Assembly (NCBI GenBank): GCA_012295275.1
Contig: CM022668.1
Coordinates: forward strand, 3,224,001 to 3,288,000
Direction: 5' to 3'
Length of the DNA stretch: 64,000 bases
Source of the DNA: Chrysomallon squamiferum
Taxonomy: Eukaryota > Animalia > Mollusca
Under the pieces are notes generated by a model. It saw only the letters and a program-made list of their open reading frames with translations, was not told where the DNA came from and ran no database searches. The position numbers were made by a program, and so were the translations under genes. Positions 16,336 to 34,930 of this stretch are shown in pieces; the first letter of the stretch is position 1; each line of letters opens with the position of its first letter.

Positions 16336-18298
16336 CTTTAGAGTATACTGAAAAAGCTAATTAATTAAATAAGTAAGCCAGTAAATTTGAATTGAAAATT
16401 CCAAATATAAGGAGCTGTGATCTTTTATATTAGTCTAACCTGAAATTAATAAACATGTATAATTTTTCGTTGTTAAAAGTTCTATTCGTAAAAGTCCAAC
16501 CAGACTGATTCCCTATGTCTGGCACGAATCAGTCTACTGGAAAAAGATATTTTATTTCTTTTTAAAACATTTATCACAATTAAATTTCCTGTGAATAGTT
16601 TCCAAATTAATTTTTCCTTTGTGTTACCTTAACTTTGGCGAGCCCTGCGCCATCCTATATTTGAAACTGTTGAACCGTGTAACAGTTCCTCTACACGTCT
16701 GAAACAGACTGTGATAGAGAGCAATACATACATTGATAATATGACACCTTGAGTCTATACATATAAATAAACAACACAGACACACGCAGACACACACGCA
16801 CGCACGCACACACAGATAAGTATATGTGTACTGTAAATCCATGCCTGAATACTGGAAACTGTATGGACAATTCCACTGCCCGAGCAACAAAAGGAGAAAA
16901 CTTAAAATAATGAAGATTATTTTTACTGCTTATTTTTGCTTTGTCAATCTGAAGACGCGTCATGTAATTTTACTACTACAGACAACACAAAACAGGAGTA
17001 TTAAGAATATTAAAACACTGACACTAAACTGGCTTTGGCAGTTGATTTCACTCAGTTTATAATGTCACAGCATCTGTTTAAAAAATAAGTCAGTTTAAGG
17101 TAATTCTTGGAAATAGCTAACTAAATATTGGATTTAAAACAATGAGCCCAGTCCATAATAAAAAAAAAAAAAAAAGAAATCGAAAGTGTGAGAAGATAAT
17201 CATGTAGTTTCTAACTCTTATTACCAGCCAAGGCAAAGTTAAAAAATACATCAAATTTTGTTATGTGTACTTGAGAGAGAGCAGGACACTTTAGCATTCA
17301 TATGAATGAGGACATTTTTTACTACCACCGACTTATTTATTTACATTTGTGAACAGAAGATGGTTTCACAGTGAGGTCACCTGCAGCACAATGACGTTTT
17401 TACCCACAATTCTTCAGTTTTTAAAGAAAAAATGTACACCACGTTCATGAGGGAACGTGTTCAAAATAAATAAAGTTTGTGTATTCAACCTTTTCACACT
17501 GGTCTCAAAAACTGTCATTTCAAGCCCAAGAAGAACACAGAGTATTGCAAAGTAAATACAGATTTTGTATTCAAATGGAGATTAATGAGAGACAAAAGAA
17601 AAAAACAAACATGTGTAGACAGAAGAGTAAAGAAACAGAAGATGGCAGAACTCGGAGCATGTTAAGAGAATGTTAAGAAAAACAAAACGATAAAAAATCG
17701 GCACAAATTTAGCATCGTCATTTCTGCAACAGGCACAAACACACGCAGCCAATAAATGAAAACATGCACTTGCATACATATATATACACAGACAAAGACC
17801 AAGTCTACTTTTCATCTGAAATTAAATTCATGAACTTTTTACTAAATAGCTAATTTCTATTGATTAATCTTTGGGTTTTTGTTCGTTTTATTTTATATTT
17901 TTTTTTTTCATTTTTTTTTTTTTTTTTGTGGCTGTGCATATCTTATATAATTTATCATGAAAACTTCGTAAAACTGATTTTATTGACTTCTGAAATTAAT
18001 TAATAATAAATATTACTCAACCAAAGTTCTGTAAAAATCTTCATTACCATCAGTACAACGCAGAAACACCTGATAAATTGTTAATTTAGTATTTTTTCAT
18101 TTATGTATGTGTGCTGGTCTTTGTACGTTTTGAGCGTTTCTGTATGTATGTATGTATGTATGTATGTATGTATGTATGTATGTATGTATGTATGTATGTA
18201 TGTATGTATGTATGTATAGAGAGATAGATAGATAGATAGATAGGTAGATATTTTCCTATTTCTCGTTTTATTATTTCCACCAAAATTGGTATATGCAC

Positions 18299-18346
<48 letters not shown>

Positions 18347-18562
18347 ATATATATTATATATATATATATTTGTTAAAGTGTATCTTTATTGGTAGAAATA
18401 AGAATTATTTATATCCCTATAATTTTATTACTCTCGTTGACCTGTCAGTGCTGATAACAAAGTATCACAATAAAATAACACTGTTACAAAACATTAGAAT
18501 ATGACCTTCTTAACCCTTTACGACTGGACTTGATGTAAATGAATATGTGTGGAATGACAGAT

Positions 18563-18601
<39 letters not shown>

Positions 18602-18971
18602 TTTCAATCGACTTAATTTTAGAGGAAATTAATCCGCCACGTACACCAACACATCAGATATTTTCTCAGAATGAAGGAGCTGGTGGATATGGCGAAAACG
18701 AGCTCCTTTGAAAAAAAATGTCTGAGGAGAAAGACTAGTCAAAAAGATCCTACACCAAATCTTAATGTATCCACCTAAGTCATATTAGACTCAGCCGTCT
18801 TTAAAGTATTTTACACTCGTGAGAATAACAGATGTTGTTGTTTAGCATGCTACGGTTTTATCACTCACATAGACACAGTGAAATGGAGACACACAAACAT
18901 ACTCTCACACTTAACAAATATAGAAAAACAAAAGAAAAATATTGCAGCTGATCGATACTTTATTCAAAGTA

Positions 18972-19387
18972 TCAGTAATGAAGCTGACTTGGTATTGGCT
19001 GTATCTTCATAACTGTTCTCTTCATAGAATATTGGTTTCCCTTGAAAGCGTTCCAGTCTATCCCATCAGCATACGAGGTGTGGTTTCCATAGAGACCGTT
19101 CAGATTACAACTGTGACAGTGTTTATACCACCAGCCCCCTTTGAACGTCTGAGCACAGTTATGGCTCCATGTGTCTCTGTCCAAGTTTTTAGCACTCAAC
19201 TCAGTAGGAATATCTTTTGATTGGATCTGTAAAACAACAACAATAACAAAATAAAAATAAAATAAAAATAGAAATAAAAGTAAGAAAATCTTTAGAAAGT
19301 TTTACAATGGCAGAATAGATGATGACATAAATTATTAATAAATATGACGTAACCAGAATTCGTTCATGAGAGGTCCAAATCCAAAGT

Positions 19388-19439
<52 letters not shown>

Positions 19440-20416
19440 ATATATGTATGTACGTACGTATGTATATATGTGTGTATCCGTGTATTTTCGTGCCTTTAGT
19501 TGAATGAATAGATGGGCAGAGAGACAGACAGAGAACAGACATAAATGATAATAATAAGAAGAATAACAGTATCAAAAAGAACAACGACTATGACGATGAC
19601 TATGATATAAATGAGAAAATTGTGTTTACTTTTAACAAGTATTATTTTAAAATGACACGTACCCACCAAGTGTCGTTGTCACTGACGCCTAGTTCACAGT
19701 AAACGTCAATGTGTTCTTTATGATCTCTAGGATAGACTCAGTAGATTCCGCTCTTAGTTTCACATTGTTTTCTTATCTCTTCACAGTCAGATGGTCGCCG
19801 AAAATCTGTAGAGAAAAGTCAATGTGTATAAAACTACTACACATGTAAGCATCGAAACAGTAAACATTTGTCCCTCTGTGTGTATATATACATATGTGTA
19901 TGTGTGCGTGTATATATGTATATATGTGTGTGTGTGTATATATATGTGTGTATATGGTGTATATGTGTGTTTATGTATATATGTGTGTGTGTGTGTGTGT
20001 ATATATGTATGTGTAAATGTGTATATAACAAGAGTATAAATGTGTATGTGTGTATGTGTGTATATATGTGTATGTGTGTATATGTGTATATATATGTATT
20101 ATGTGTGTATGTGGGTATATATGTGTATGTGTATATGTTCATGTATATATGTGTGTATATGTGTATATATATATATATGTATATTTTTGTTTTCTTAGAG
20201 ATAGACAGGAAGAACGAATGTGTGTGTGTGTGTGTGCATGTGTGTGTGTGTGTGTGTGTGAGTGAGGGTAGATATAGACACTAAGAGAGATATATTAACG
20301 TGTTTGTGTATATATATGTCTGTGTGTGTGTGTGTGTGTGTGAATATATATTTATATGGGGTAGCTGTTCACTTCAGACGCACACAAAAATAAATAATAA
20401 GAACGTAAAATAGCAT
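18972..20416 (-). pseudogene. FReD pseudogene (counterpart of 3477-4914)
   Basis: Damaged signal exon from ATG 20416; DCEEIRK exon about 19806-19662 with in-frame TGA (CGA>TGA); middle exons deleted as in copy A; terminal exon remnant [34 protein letters not shown]...QPIPSQLHY is open. Confidence 0.9.
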
Positions 20417-20559
20417 TTTGTTTACAACAGAAATGTTTGTTTCAAGATCTGCCAGAAAAGATTATGAGTCATCTGTTTAATCTCCAAGAATATATACAAA
20501 TCAAACACTTCAGTAACACCTAACACTGACACTTAACTTTCACACTGACCAATAGTACA

Positions 20560-21670
20560 TAACAACAAAAACATTAACATAAAAATAAAAACATTAACAC
20601 AAACAATAATACCTAACATTAACACCTAACATTAACACCTAACAACATTAACACCTAACAACATTAACACCTAACATTAACATCTAACATTAACACCTAA
20701 CATTAACAATAACAATAACAATAAAACATTAACAATAAACAACCTAACATTAACACCCTAACATTAACAATAATACCTAACATTAACATACCTAACAATA
20801 ACACCTAACATTAACACCTAACATTAACATTAACCTAACATTAACATAATACCTAACATTAACAATAACATTAACAATAACACCTAACATTAACAATAAT
20901 ACCTAACATTAACACCTAACATTAACAATAATACCTAACATTAACATCTAACAATAAACAACATAACATTAACAATAATACCTAACATTAACACCTAACA
21001 ATAACAATAAACATTAACATCTAACATTAACACTAACAACATAACATAACAATAATACCTAACATTAAACAATAGTACCTAACATTAACACCTAACATTA
21101 ACAATAATACCTAACATTAACAACAATAGTTAACATTAACATCTAACATTAACAATAACATTAACAATATTAACAACAATAATACCTAACATTAACATTA
21201 AAATAAATACTAACATTAACAATAATAACAATAACACCTAACACCTAACATTAACAATAATACCTAACATTAACACCTAACATTAACATTAACATTAACA
21301 TTAACAATAACACCTAAATTAACAATTAACAACAATGGTACATAACATTAACAATCTAACAATGGTACCTAACAATAAAACGTTCAGCCTAACATTAAAT
21401 AAATAACAATAAATAACATAACATTAACAATAAATAAATAAATTAACAAATAAAACAAATAAATAAATAACATTAAATAATCTAATTAACAATAAAAACA
21501 AAGGTACATTAATATATAAAGTATGGGGTTACTGTAGGAAACATTAACATTAAAAACTAACATTAACAACATTAACACACACACACAACACACACACCTA
21601 ACATTAACACAACATTAACACCTATATATTAAAAATAATATATATAACATTAACAATGGTACCTAACTCC
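20560..21670 (-). repeat. cctaacattaaca-type minisatellite, expanded and scrambled
   Basis: Visible repeats; homologous to 2856-3350. Confidence 0.85.
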
Positions 21671-21976
21671 GCTGTCTCTTTTCTTTCATGAGTCTTTGTG
21701 TTTTTTATTATAAATCTACACGAGGGTCGGATTATGGCTGGTTGTTAGATGCAAAAAACGCTCAGCTAAACCCAAGATAAATAAATAAATAGATAAATAA
21801 AATGAATGAATCAATAATAATAATAATTAACTTTTTGTTTAAATCATAATAATAAATAAAAAACAAAGGTACATTAATATATAGAAGAATGGGATTATTG
21901 TTAGAAACACAAATCTACAGAAAGAATTTGATCGAAACTTAAGAAACACAACTCCAGTTATTTTTTCTCTAATGAA

Positions 21977-22037
<61 letters not shown>

Positions 22038-22240
22038 TACATATATATATATATATACTTTAATATATACAAACATGTTATATATGCATACATACATAGA
22101 TATACATATATATGTTAACCAAGTAACAGATGATGCTAGTTATATAAATGTGTACTTAATGATTTCTAAAGAAACATCTGTCAGCATCCTAATTTAGTTT
22201 CTTTGAATCAGTGAATAAAAAATAATAATAATAATAATAA

Positions 22241-22271
<31 letters not shown>

Positions 22272-22670
22272 AAGAAGAAGAAGAAGAAGAAGAAGAAGAA
22301 AAACAAGAATGTTTAGAATAATTATTAACTTTTGTTTACGAAAGAAAGAGTGAACGTCATATAATGAGAAAAAAAAAAAAAAAATTAAAAGAGATCAGTC
22401 CGCAGTCCATCCAAAATTAGAGAACAACTTCTGTCATTCAATACACATGCAGTGACGTCATGTAAAATGTGACAATGTTCATATTCTAATGTTTTGTAAC
22501 AGTGTTATTTTCTTGTAATTCTTTGTTATCAGTGTTGACAGGTTACGTAGAACTATAAAAGTCCAGAGATATAAATAAATTGTATTCCTTCAAAGACAAA
22601 ATGTTTCAGTCGTAACAGATTGTACACAAATAGAAGATAATATTTTCAATAATCAATCAAAAACTCAATC

Positions 22671-22784
<114 letters not shown>

Positions 22785-23921
22785 GATTGAATAAAATGTT
22801 TCTTTCCGATTTCAAATAATCAGTCAGAAAAGTGAACACACATACACATACACACTTACACACAAACACGCATAAAACTAGCGTGAGAGAGAGAGACAAA
22901 GCGAGAAGGAGACAGAGGGAGCAACTGAGAGAAAGAGAGACAAACATCACGCAGACAGAAAGTAAACAGACACACACGCATGCACTTGGTCTCACATCAC
23001 TACACGCACATACGTACAGTATACACATACAGAGAGTAGCTACTGAACATGCAATTGCATATACATTACAACAAATACATTTTCATACACATTACCACAT
23101 ACATTATAATCTACACTGTAAATACAATACAGTGCATAAATGCTTATTCAAAAATAGACCGAAGTAAGAGACAATTCATAGAATATCAATAATCGACTGA
23201 AACATTAATAAAATAAATTACTAATGTTCTGTATATAATTATTGTAAAAACACAGCAAAGAAAAAAAAAGCTAGAAATCACAACATCAGTTTTGTATATT
23301 TACCTTACGATTTTAATCCTCCTGTCTAACAACTTTTTAATGAATTTTTCTCATCAGCCCGAATTCAGGTAACTTGAGGATGCAAATCCAATATTGTTTA
23401 CATTTTTTTTTTTTATTACCCAAGAATATGTTAATTCCACTCTTGCTTGAAACGAGAGAATATAGTTTTCCACATCGATATTATTGTTTTTTCAGATTTT
23501 ACTTAAAAATAATAATAATAATAACTGTTTCCAATGTTAATAATCAAAATCGATTGCGCGTTCCCGATCGTCCATTACAATTTCGTTTTCTCGCGTATTT
23601 TCTTCCATGTGAAAGTTTTGTCGAGTTTTAGGAAACGTTTTACATCAAGTGGCTGAATAAAAAGCTAACTGATTATTTCCGTTTGTTTGGTAGTTTATTT
23701 TTCAGCTAATTAACCTATTGAAGGCTTACATCTGTTAAATTAAAATCTGTCGATAATATAATGTATTAAATTTTTGTTTTTAACAAGAAGGGATTAAACA
23801 CAGACACTAATCCTGAGATGGATATAAAATTAGAACAAATTTGAGATCCATGTTTTACGTAAGATTGAAACTTCTGTTGGTTAGTCGCGAACTTTCAACG
23901 TGGGATACATAGATTTAAATA

Positions 23922-24096
23922 CCCTTACCGGACCAATTATCCGGCGTCCGGAAATCCGGAAAAAACAGAAAATTAAAACAATTTTTCCGAAACCCGGAGG
24001 CGCCGGGTTATTTACGTATTTAGATTCTTTGGTACTTAAAACCGGAAAATCCCCAAATGCCTGAGGCCCCAAGTCCGGATAATTTTCCGGTATCTG
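23922..24096. mobile_element. MITE, same family and insertion site as 530-725, further deleted
   Basis: Degenerate taccggaccaattatccgg ... ccggataattttccggtatctg ends flanked by TA. Confidence 0.75.
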
Positions 24097-24492
24097 TATA
24101 CGCCAAAAAGATCAGAGACTAAAATAATTAAGTTGTCCTTTTTTTTTTTTTTTTTTTTTTTTTTTTCTAATTTACATTCTGGGGCCTAAAAATAAAAAAT
24201 AAAGAAAAATACAAAATTATACAACCTCTTCTGCAGTGACTTTATATCAAATGTTTTTTTTTTTTCATCGTCATCAACAGACTTGTCATGAAAAAAACAT
24301 TTATTAATAATAAAAGTTATTCTGTTTAAAGGGAATATATTTTCTATAATATGAGAGTATTGAGATTCATAGAAACAGTGTATTTTTCAAACAGGTTGTG
24401 AATGTCAGGTTTATATGATTGTGTCACATAATATAAATATAATATAAAATTACTTTTTTATTTAAAGAAAACAAAACAAGTAAAAACAGCTG

Positions 24493-24582
<90 letters not shown>

Positions 24583-24726
24583 GTAATAGTAATAATAACA
24601 AAACCCACACTAACGTTGCCATCTATTAACGCTTAATGGTTAGAGTCCTTTTGGTAAGGGACATCGGTGAATTTATTTCCTTATTTCAGCTAAAATAATA
24701 CATTATTTTAAAGTTCATGAGTTAAA

Positions 24727-24758
<32 letters not shown>

Positions 24759-25023
24759 AATAAAACGTTTTTCTAGAAACACAAACAGAATATCTGAACT
24801 GTACTTTATTGCATGAGATATCTGTTAAACGAATACCATCTGTCAATCTGTAAATGTCATCTATAAAACTCTGAAACAAGTTTTGCTTCAAAGACAACAT
24901 GTTTCAGTCAGCACAGATTGTACACAGATAGGAGATAACATTTCCAATAATCAACAACAAAGCAGAATATTTTAAAACGTAGACATGTTTAATGTACATG
25001 GACTGGAGATAGAGTCATACACA

Positions 25024-25123
<100 letters not shown>

Positions 25124-25289
25124 ATGACAGATGGAAGAGCTCAAACAGAGGATATAGAGCAACTGAGAGAAAGTAAAAAGACACATACGCATGCACTTGG
25201 TGTCACATCACTACACGCACATACGTACCACACGCACATAGCTAGTGAACAAGCAATTCCATAAACAGTACAACACATACAATTTCTTA

Positions 25290-25790
25290 TACATTACAAA
25301 AACACATTATAATGTCCATTACAACCCGTACATTTTCATATACAACACGTACTTTTATATGGATGACAGCATATACATTTTCATACACATTACAACACAT
25401 ACATTTTCATATACATTACAACACATACATTTTCATATACAACACGTACTTTTATATGGATGACAGCATATACATTTTCATACACATTACAACATATACA
25501 TTTTCATACACATTACAACACACATTTTCATATACAACACGTACTTTTATATGCATGACAACATATACATTTTCATACACATTACAAGACACATTTTCAT
25601 ATACATTACAACATATATATTTCAGACATATTACAGCATATACATTTTCGTACACATTACAACACATTCATTTTCGTACACATTAAAACACATACATTCT
25701 TCAATACATTTCAACAGATACATTCATATATACATTACAACATACACATTCTTATAGACATTACAACACACACATGCTCATACAAATTAC
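25290..25790 (+). repeat. Degenerate minisatellite (catacattttcatacacattacaa-like unit)
   Basis: Visible tandem repeats; includes a duplicated block containing ggatgacagc. Confidence 0.8.
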
Positions 25791-26445
25791 AAATTAAATA
25801 TTACAATAAGATCGCACGTGAAACTTTGAAAACAAAGAATAAATAAATAAATAAAAAATAAAATAAAATCCATTATATAGAAAATTTGATTTCAAATAAT
25901 GTCAGTAAGAGATATATCAGAAACGATAATTATGATGACGACAGTAATAACTAATACAAATATGTATTTTAATAACAAAATATATTTAAATAATAATTAA
26001 TTAAAAACTGTGAAGATGTTTCTCATCAGCGGCCTGTGAAGAAAGAAATAAAGCGACATCTGCCGAGACTATCCTAGAGATAAAAAATGACACGTTGACT
26101 TTCATCCGTCTGTCTTTCTGTACTTGTTTTCTCTGTGTTTGTTTAACCAAATAACACATGATGCAAGATATAAAGTTTATTATTATTGATTTGCACAGAA
26201 ATTTACGTCAATATCTTAACAGATATAACTAAGAGATAAGAGGCTGACGTGGAACTTTGGAAACAACGCAAAAACGTAAACTTTATTATACACTGAACGT
26301 AGTATTTTTTTCTCTGTACACGTTGGCAAAGAAAAAAAAGAGAGAGAGAAAAAGAGGGAGAGAAGAAACATATATAAGTCTCATATTGTTCGGTGTTCAC
26401 ATAGTTCGAGAAACTGCTGACTACAAGAAAGAGAAAAGGCTGAAA

Positions 26446-30041
<3,596 letters not shown>

Positions 30042-30487
30042 TCATAATTTGAATAAAGTGTTGTCAGCTTCGATATATTTCTTTTGTTTTTTTTTTTAAT
30101 TATATTAAAAGTGAGAGTTTCTTTGAGTGTTAAAACCATAGCCTGCTGAACAACAATATTTGTTATTCCCACCAATTTAATTTCATTCCACTCTATTTAT
30201 AATGATAATATAACTGTATGACGAATCACAGGTAAATATGATTAAGGAACGTTTTGACTGTGACTTTTTTTTTCAGACTTGTTTTTCACAGGATTTCCTT
30301 CTGGCCATAGCGACCAACTCTTTCATTTTCATGAAATACGCTATGTTTTCACATATGTGGCGGATTAATTTGCTTTAAAATTAAATCTAATAAAATTAAA
30401 TGAAATAAAATTATACTAACTTAAATTGAAACAAACAAAAAAAAACAAACAAACAAACAAAAACAAACAAACAAACAAACAAACAAA

Positions 30488-30518
<31 letters not shown>

Positions 30519-31038
30519 ATCTGTCATTCCATTCGTACTCAGTGAATTCATGGCTCTAATTGCAAAGGGTTAAAAACGTCAAATTCTAATGTTTCGTAAG
30601 TGTTATTTTATTGTGATGCTTTGTTGTGAGCGTTGACGTGTCATCGAGTTAGCAGAACCTGCATGAAGGATGTGATTTTTCTGGTTCTTTCTTTACGTTC
30701 GTTACATTAATTTAAATAATTCCTTTATTTTAAATAAGAAAAATGTTTCTATTTAATTAGTGTCCGAATATTCTAACAGTTTTAGTGGAATAACAGGAAT
30801 TAGTAGAGGTTTATTTAGCGAAAAAAAAAAAAAATAAATAATATAATATAATATAATATAATATAATATAATATAAGGTAATAAAAAAAATATCGTCTCG
30901 TTCTTCAGAATCATTCTTAAATCCAATAAACAGAGAGTTCCTAAAGAGTTTACCCCCTTTAACTCATTTAAATTGCGTTCATAAAATGGGTTCAGGATGT
31001 ATTGATAATATAATTTTTTTTTTTAAGAAAGAAACAAG

Positions 31039-31069
<31 letters not shown>

Positions 31070-32220
31070 GTTCAAAAAATTATGATAATACAGAAAATAT
31101 CCCTGAAACAATTCACATTTACTTTTTTAATGTAAATCAGGGTCGTTCTTAAAAATTTAATTTATATTTATTTATTTATTTATTTATTTTATCTTATTTG
31201 CAGTTTTTATTTAATTTATAATTTATCCCTGAAACAATTGTCATCTTCTGTAGCTGTTTATCAAACACAAGGCAGAATTTCTAAATATTCCGTTCTTTTA
31301 AACAGACGATCTTCATTTTTTACGATTTTATCTATTTCTCTGTTTCGCTTTCTTTTCGTATTTTCAGTTACGTCAATTATTTCGTTTTTAAACTTGAATT
31401 TGTGAAAAAAATTTCTGACTTATTTTTTTTATAAGAAATCATTTAAATTATTTAATTAGTTACATAAAAATATTTTATAATTTGGCAAACTCCGTAAGAC
31501 ATAGAATGAAGCTAGGATAATAATAAGCAGTATTTTTAAAGAATATACAAGAAAACAAAATGGTTAAAACAAATCAGTCGCAATATATGAGGCGACGTCA
31601 CCAGTCCAGGATGTTTTTGAATTGTTCAGTTGTTTGGTGTTACACACATAACTATAGTCGTGATGTTTTCGTGTATAGACCTGATTAATTTACTCAAAAA
31701 AATTCCGAGTATTGTATACAAAATTAAATAAATACATTTCTCATTCCAAACGCAAGCAATGACGTCATGAGTCAAGATGTTAAGTGTAAAAATGGTCATA
31801 TTTTAATGTTTTGTAACAGTGTTATTTTACTGTGATACTTTGTTATCAGCGTTGACAGGTCACGCAGAGCAGTAAAAGACTAGAGATATAAATAATTTAT
31901 ATTCCAAGCAATAAAGATACACTTTTAAATATATATTTTTTATAAGATGTCAAAATCTGTGACTTGTATTACTGAGCTAACATTTATTGATACGTACATA
32001 GTACATATAAATTTACATATACATATATATATATAAGCATATATACACATCCATACATCGATATGTTCATACATTCATATACACACACATAACAAACACA
32101 CATATATGAAAACATTCTTACACGCATACACACAGCCATATGTACATAGAGGGACAGGTGAATATTGTTGTGATGCTTACATAATGTACTAGTTTTATAC
32201 ATATTGACATTTATCTCTAG

Positions 32221-32822
32221 GTCTTCGGCCACCACCAGCGGACTGTGGAGAGATAAGAAAACAAGGTAAAACTATGAACGGGATCTACCGAGTCTATCCC
32301 AAAGATCAAAAAGGACACATTGACGTTTTCTGTGAACTAGGAGTCAGTGAGAACGATGCTTGGTTGGAACGTGTCGTTTCTAAAATAATACTTGTTAAAA
32401 ATAAACAGATTTTCTCGTTTACTTATATCATAGTGATCGTCGTTGTCGTTGTTCTTATTGATTCTTTTATTCTTCTTTTTATTATTATGATCAATGTCTG
32501 TTCTCTGTCTCTCTCTGTCCATCCATTCTTTCATATATCCAATCCGGATGTCTGTCTGTCTGATTATTTTATCCGCCTGTCACTCTCTATCTATCCATAT
32601 GCATATGTGTCTCTCTCGCTGTCCGTCCGCATTTCTCTATCTGTCTCTGCCTGCTCCATCTCTATGTGTGTTTCTGTGTCACGTTTTCTGAGTCTCTGTA
32701 TGTCTCTGTCTCTCTTTGTCTTATTACATATACAGACACACATACATGCATGCAGATACACACACATGCGTACTAAAGTTATGTGATTGCCTGTATTTCA
32801 GTGTCGTACTCATCATGGTAGT
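32221..32822 (+). pseudogene. FReD pseudogene fragment
   Basis: Open PADCGEIRKQG...AWL exon 32221-32366 with donor mutated to GAACGT; next exon remnant (gtatttcagtgtcgtact) has lost its AG and is truncated at 32822; no signal exon seen. Confidence 0.85.
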
Positions 32823-33507
32823 AAAAAAAAAAAAAAAAAAAATAAATAAATACAAAATAAATTAATAAACAAACAAATAAATAAATAAATAAATAAATAA
32901 TAATATCATCTAATTCTTCAGAATCATTCTTAAACCCGATAAACCAAGAGAGTTCGTAAAGAGTTGCCGCCCTTTGACTCTTTTTTCTTGCACTCATAAA
33001 ATGGTTTCAGGATGTATTGGTAATATAATTTAATAAAGGTTCTTAATAAAATGACAGTAGTACTTAAAGTTTTTGTAATAATACACCTGAAACAAAACAA
33101 CATTAACTATTTAATGCAATATAACTTATCACTTGTCGTTCTTGAATTGTTTTAATTTAACTTTGTCTTTTATAGCTAATAATAATTTTAAAAAAAAATA
33201 TCAAAATAAAAAAAAAAAAAAAAAAAAAAATAATAGTAATCATAAAAAAAAATTAAAAAAAATAAAGTTCGTAATAAAATTAAGATTGTCTTGCAGTTTT
33301 TGTAATCATACACCTGGAACACTACAACATTTTCTTTTTTAATGTAATATTGTTTATCACTTGTTTTGAATTGTCTTAATATTAATTTTATCTTCTTTAT
33401 TTATTTATTATTTATTTATTTGTTTATTTACTTAATTATTTATTTATATATCACTTGTCGGTCTTGAATTGCGTTAATTTAATTGTATCTTATAATATAT
33501 ACACACA

Positions 33508-34197
33508 CAGTGGTACCTTGACCCGTTACCGATCTCGTAACTCAAATTTGCTCGTATATCAAATCTTTTTTGCCAAATGGAATTAAATGAAATACCATTA
33601 ATCCGTTCCAGCCACCCACAAACCACCCCAGTATTTTGTAACGTGTTTTTAAATAAGAAAAATATATTTATAAATGACAAATATTGTATAAAAGCAAACT
33701 AAAAGAGATTGTGAAGAAATAAAATGGTTTTGTAAAGTGTACAATGGTAGGGTTTCTCCATCTTTTCATGCACATAGGCCCGCAGCTTAGAACATATTTT
33801 AACGCCTTTGACTGGAGTTATAACCTTTATGGACTCCTTCTGCTTCAGTATGGTACATATCGTAGAAGCACTGCGCTCGTACCGCCCAGCCATGTTGACT
33901 ACACGCACACCTCACTCATGTTTTTCGATGATTTCATGCTTTAATTCAATGGACATCATCCGCTTCTTCTTCTCAGCAGTGTCCTTTGCAGTCACTTTCT
34001 TAGGATGCATGGAAATTTGGCAAAGTACTGCACAACACGCGAGCACAACACAACAGAGATGCTTCCAGGGCGAGGTAACCACGTGAATGAGTGACATGCG
34101 AGAAGCTGGGCGAATGTTTGTTGTTCGTTGCGCCAACAATCGGCGGCGTATCTAAAGCTCCTCGTAAGTTCGAGCAGTCGTAAGTCAAGTAACACTG
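33508..34197 (-). mobile_element. Non-autonomous Tigger/pogo DNA transposon carrying a CENP-B-type HTH transposase remnant
   Basis: TIRs cagtggtaccttgac / gtcaagtaacactg-TA; translation MHPKKVTAKDTAEKKKRMMSIELKHEIIEKHE*..RVVNMAGRYERSASTICTILKQKESIK..SKLR..EKMEK; no DDE domain. Confidence 0.88.
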
Positions 34198-34211
34198 TAT
34201 ACACACACACA

Positions 34212-34930
34212 CAGTGGTACCTTGTTTGACGAGTGCCCCAACTTACGAGTTTTTCGAGTTACGAGCAGTCGCTTGGTTGAGTTATTGCTTTGAGTTGCAA
34301 GCCAAGATCCGAGTTACGAACAGCTTCGGATACGCCGCCGCTAGTTGGCGCAACGAACAACACAGTATCCGGCAAGCATCCCGCATCTCGCTGGTTTCCT
34401 TCACGTGGTTACCTCGCCGCGGAAGCATCTCTGTTGTGTTCGAGTTTTGTGCAGTATTTTGCCAAATTTTCTTTTTATCATAAGAAAGTGAGTACAAACG
34501 ACAGTGCTGAGAAGAAGAAGCGGATGGTCCATTGAATTAAAGCATGAAATAATAGAAAAACGTTAGCGAGGTGTGCATGTAGTCGACTCGGCTAGACAGT
34601 ACGAGCGTAGTACCACACTGAAGCAGAAGGAGTCGATAAAGGATGTAACTCCAGCCAAAGGCGTTAAAATAATCTGTCTGATTTTTAAGATAAAAACACT
34701 TTACAAAACCAATTTATTTCTTTACATTCTCTTTTATTTTGTTTTTGTACAATGTTTGTCATTTGTAGCTGGATATTTCTTATTTAAAAACACGTTACAA
34801 AAAATGAGGTGGTTTTAAGGGGCTGGAACGGGTTCATGTTATTTCACTTAATTTCAGTTGGGAAAATTCATTTCATATACGAGTAAATTAAGATCTCGGT
34901 CACGGAGCGAATTAAGTCAAGGTACCACTG
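34212..34930 (+). mobile_element. Non-autonomous Tigger/pogo element, same family
   Basis: cagtggtaccttg ... aagtcaaggtaccactg-TA; KKVSTNDSAEKKKRM remnant. Confidence 0.88.

Noticed and set aside
16628-16653. MAQGSPKL as the N-terminus of the EGF-ZP protein
   Set aside because: Splicing to the next acceptor gives an immediate TAA; more likely a 5' UTR exon with a uORF.
21330-21870. Novel internal duplication within copy B
   Set aside because: Garbled mixture of satellite and neighbouring unique sequence absent from copies A and C; looks like long-read consensus error.
33699-34139. Domesticated CENP-B/TIGD gene
   Set aside because: In-frame stop, no catalytic domain, bounded by TIRs and present in four decayed copies.
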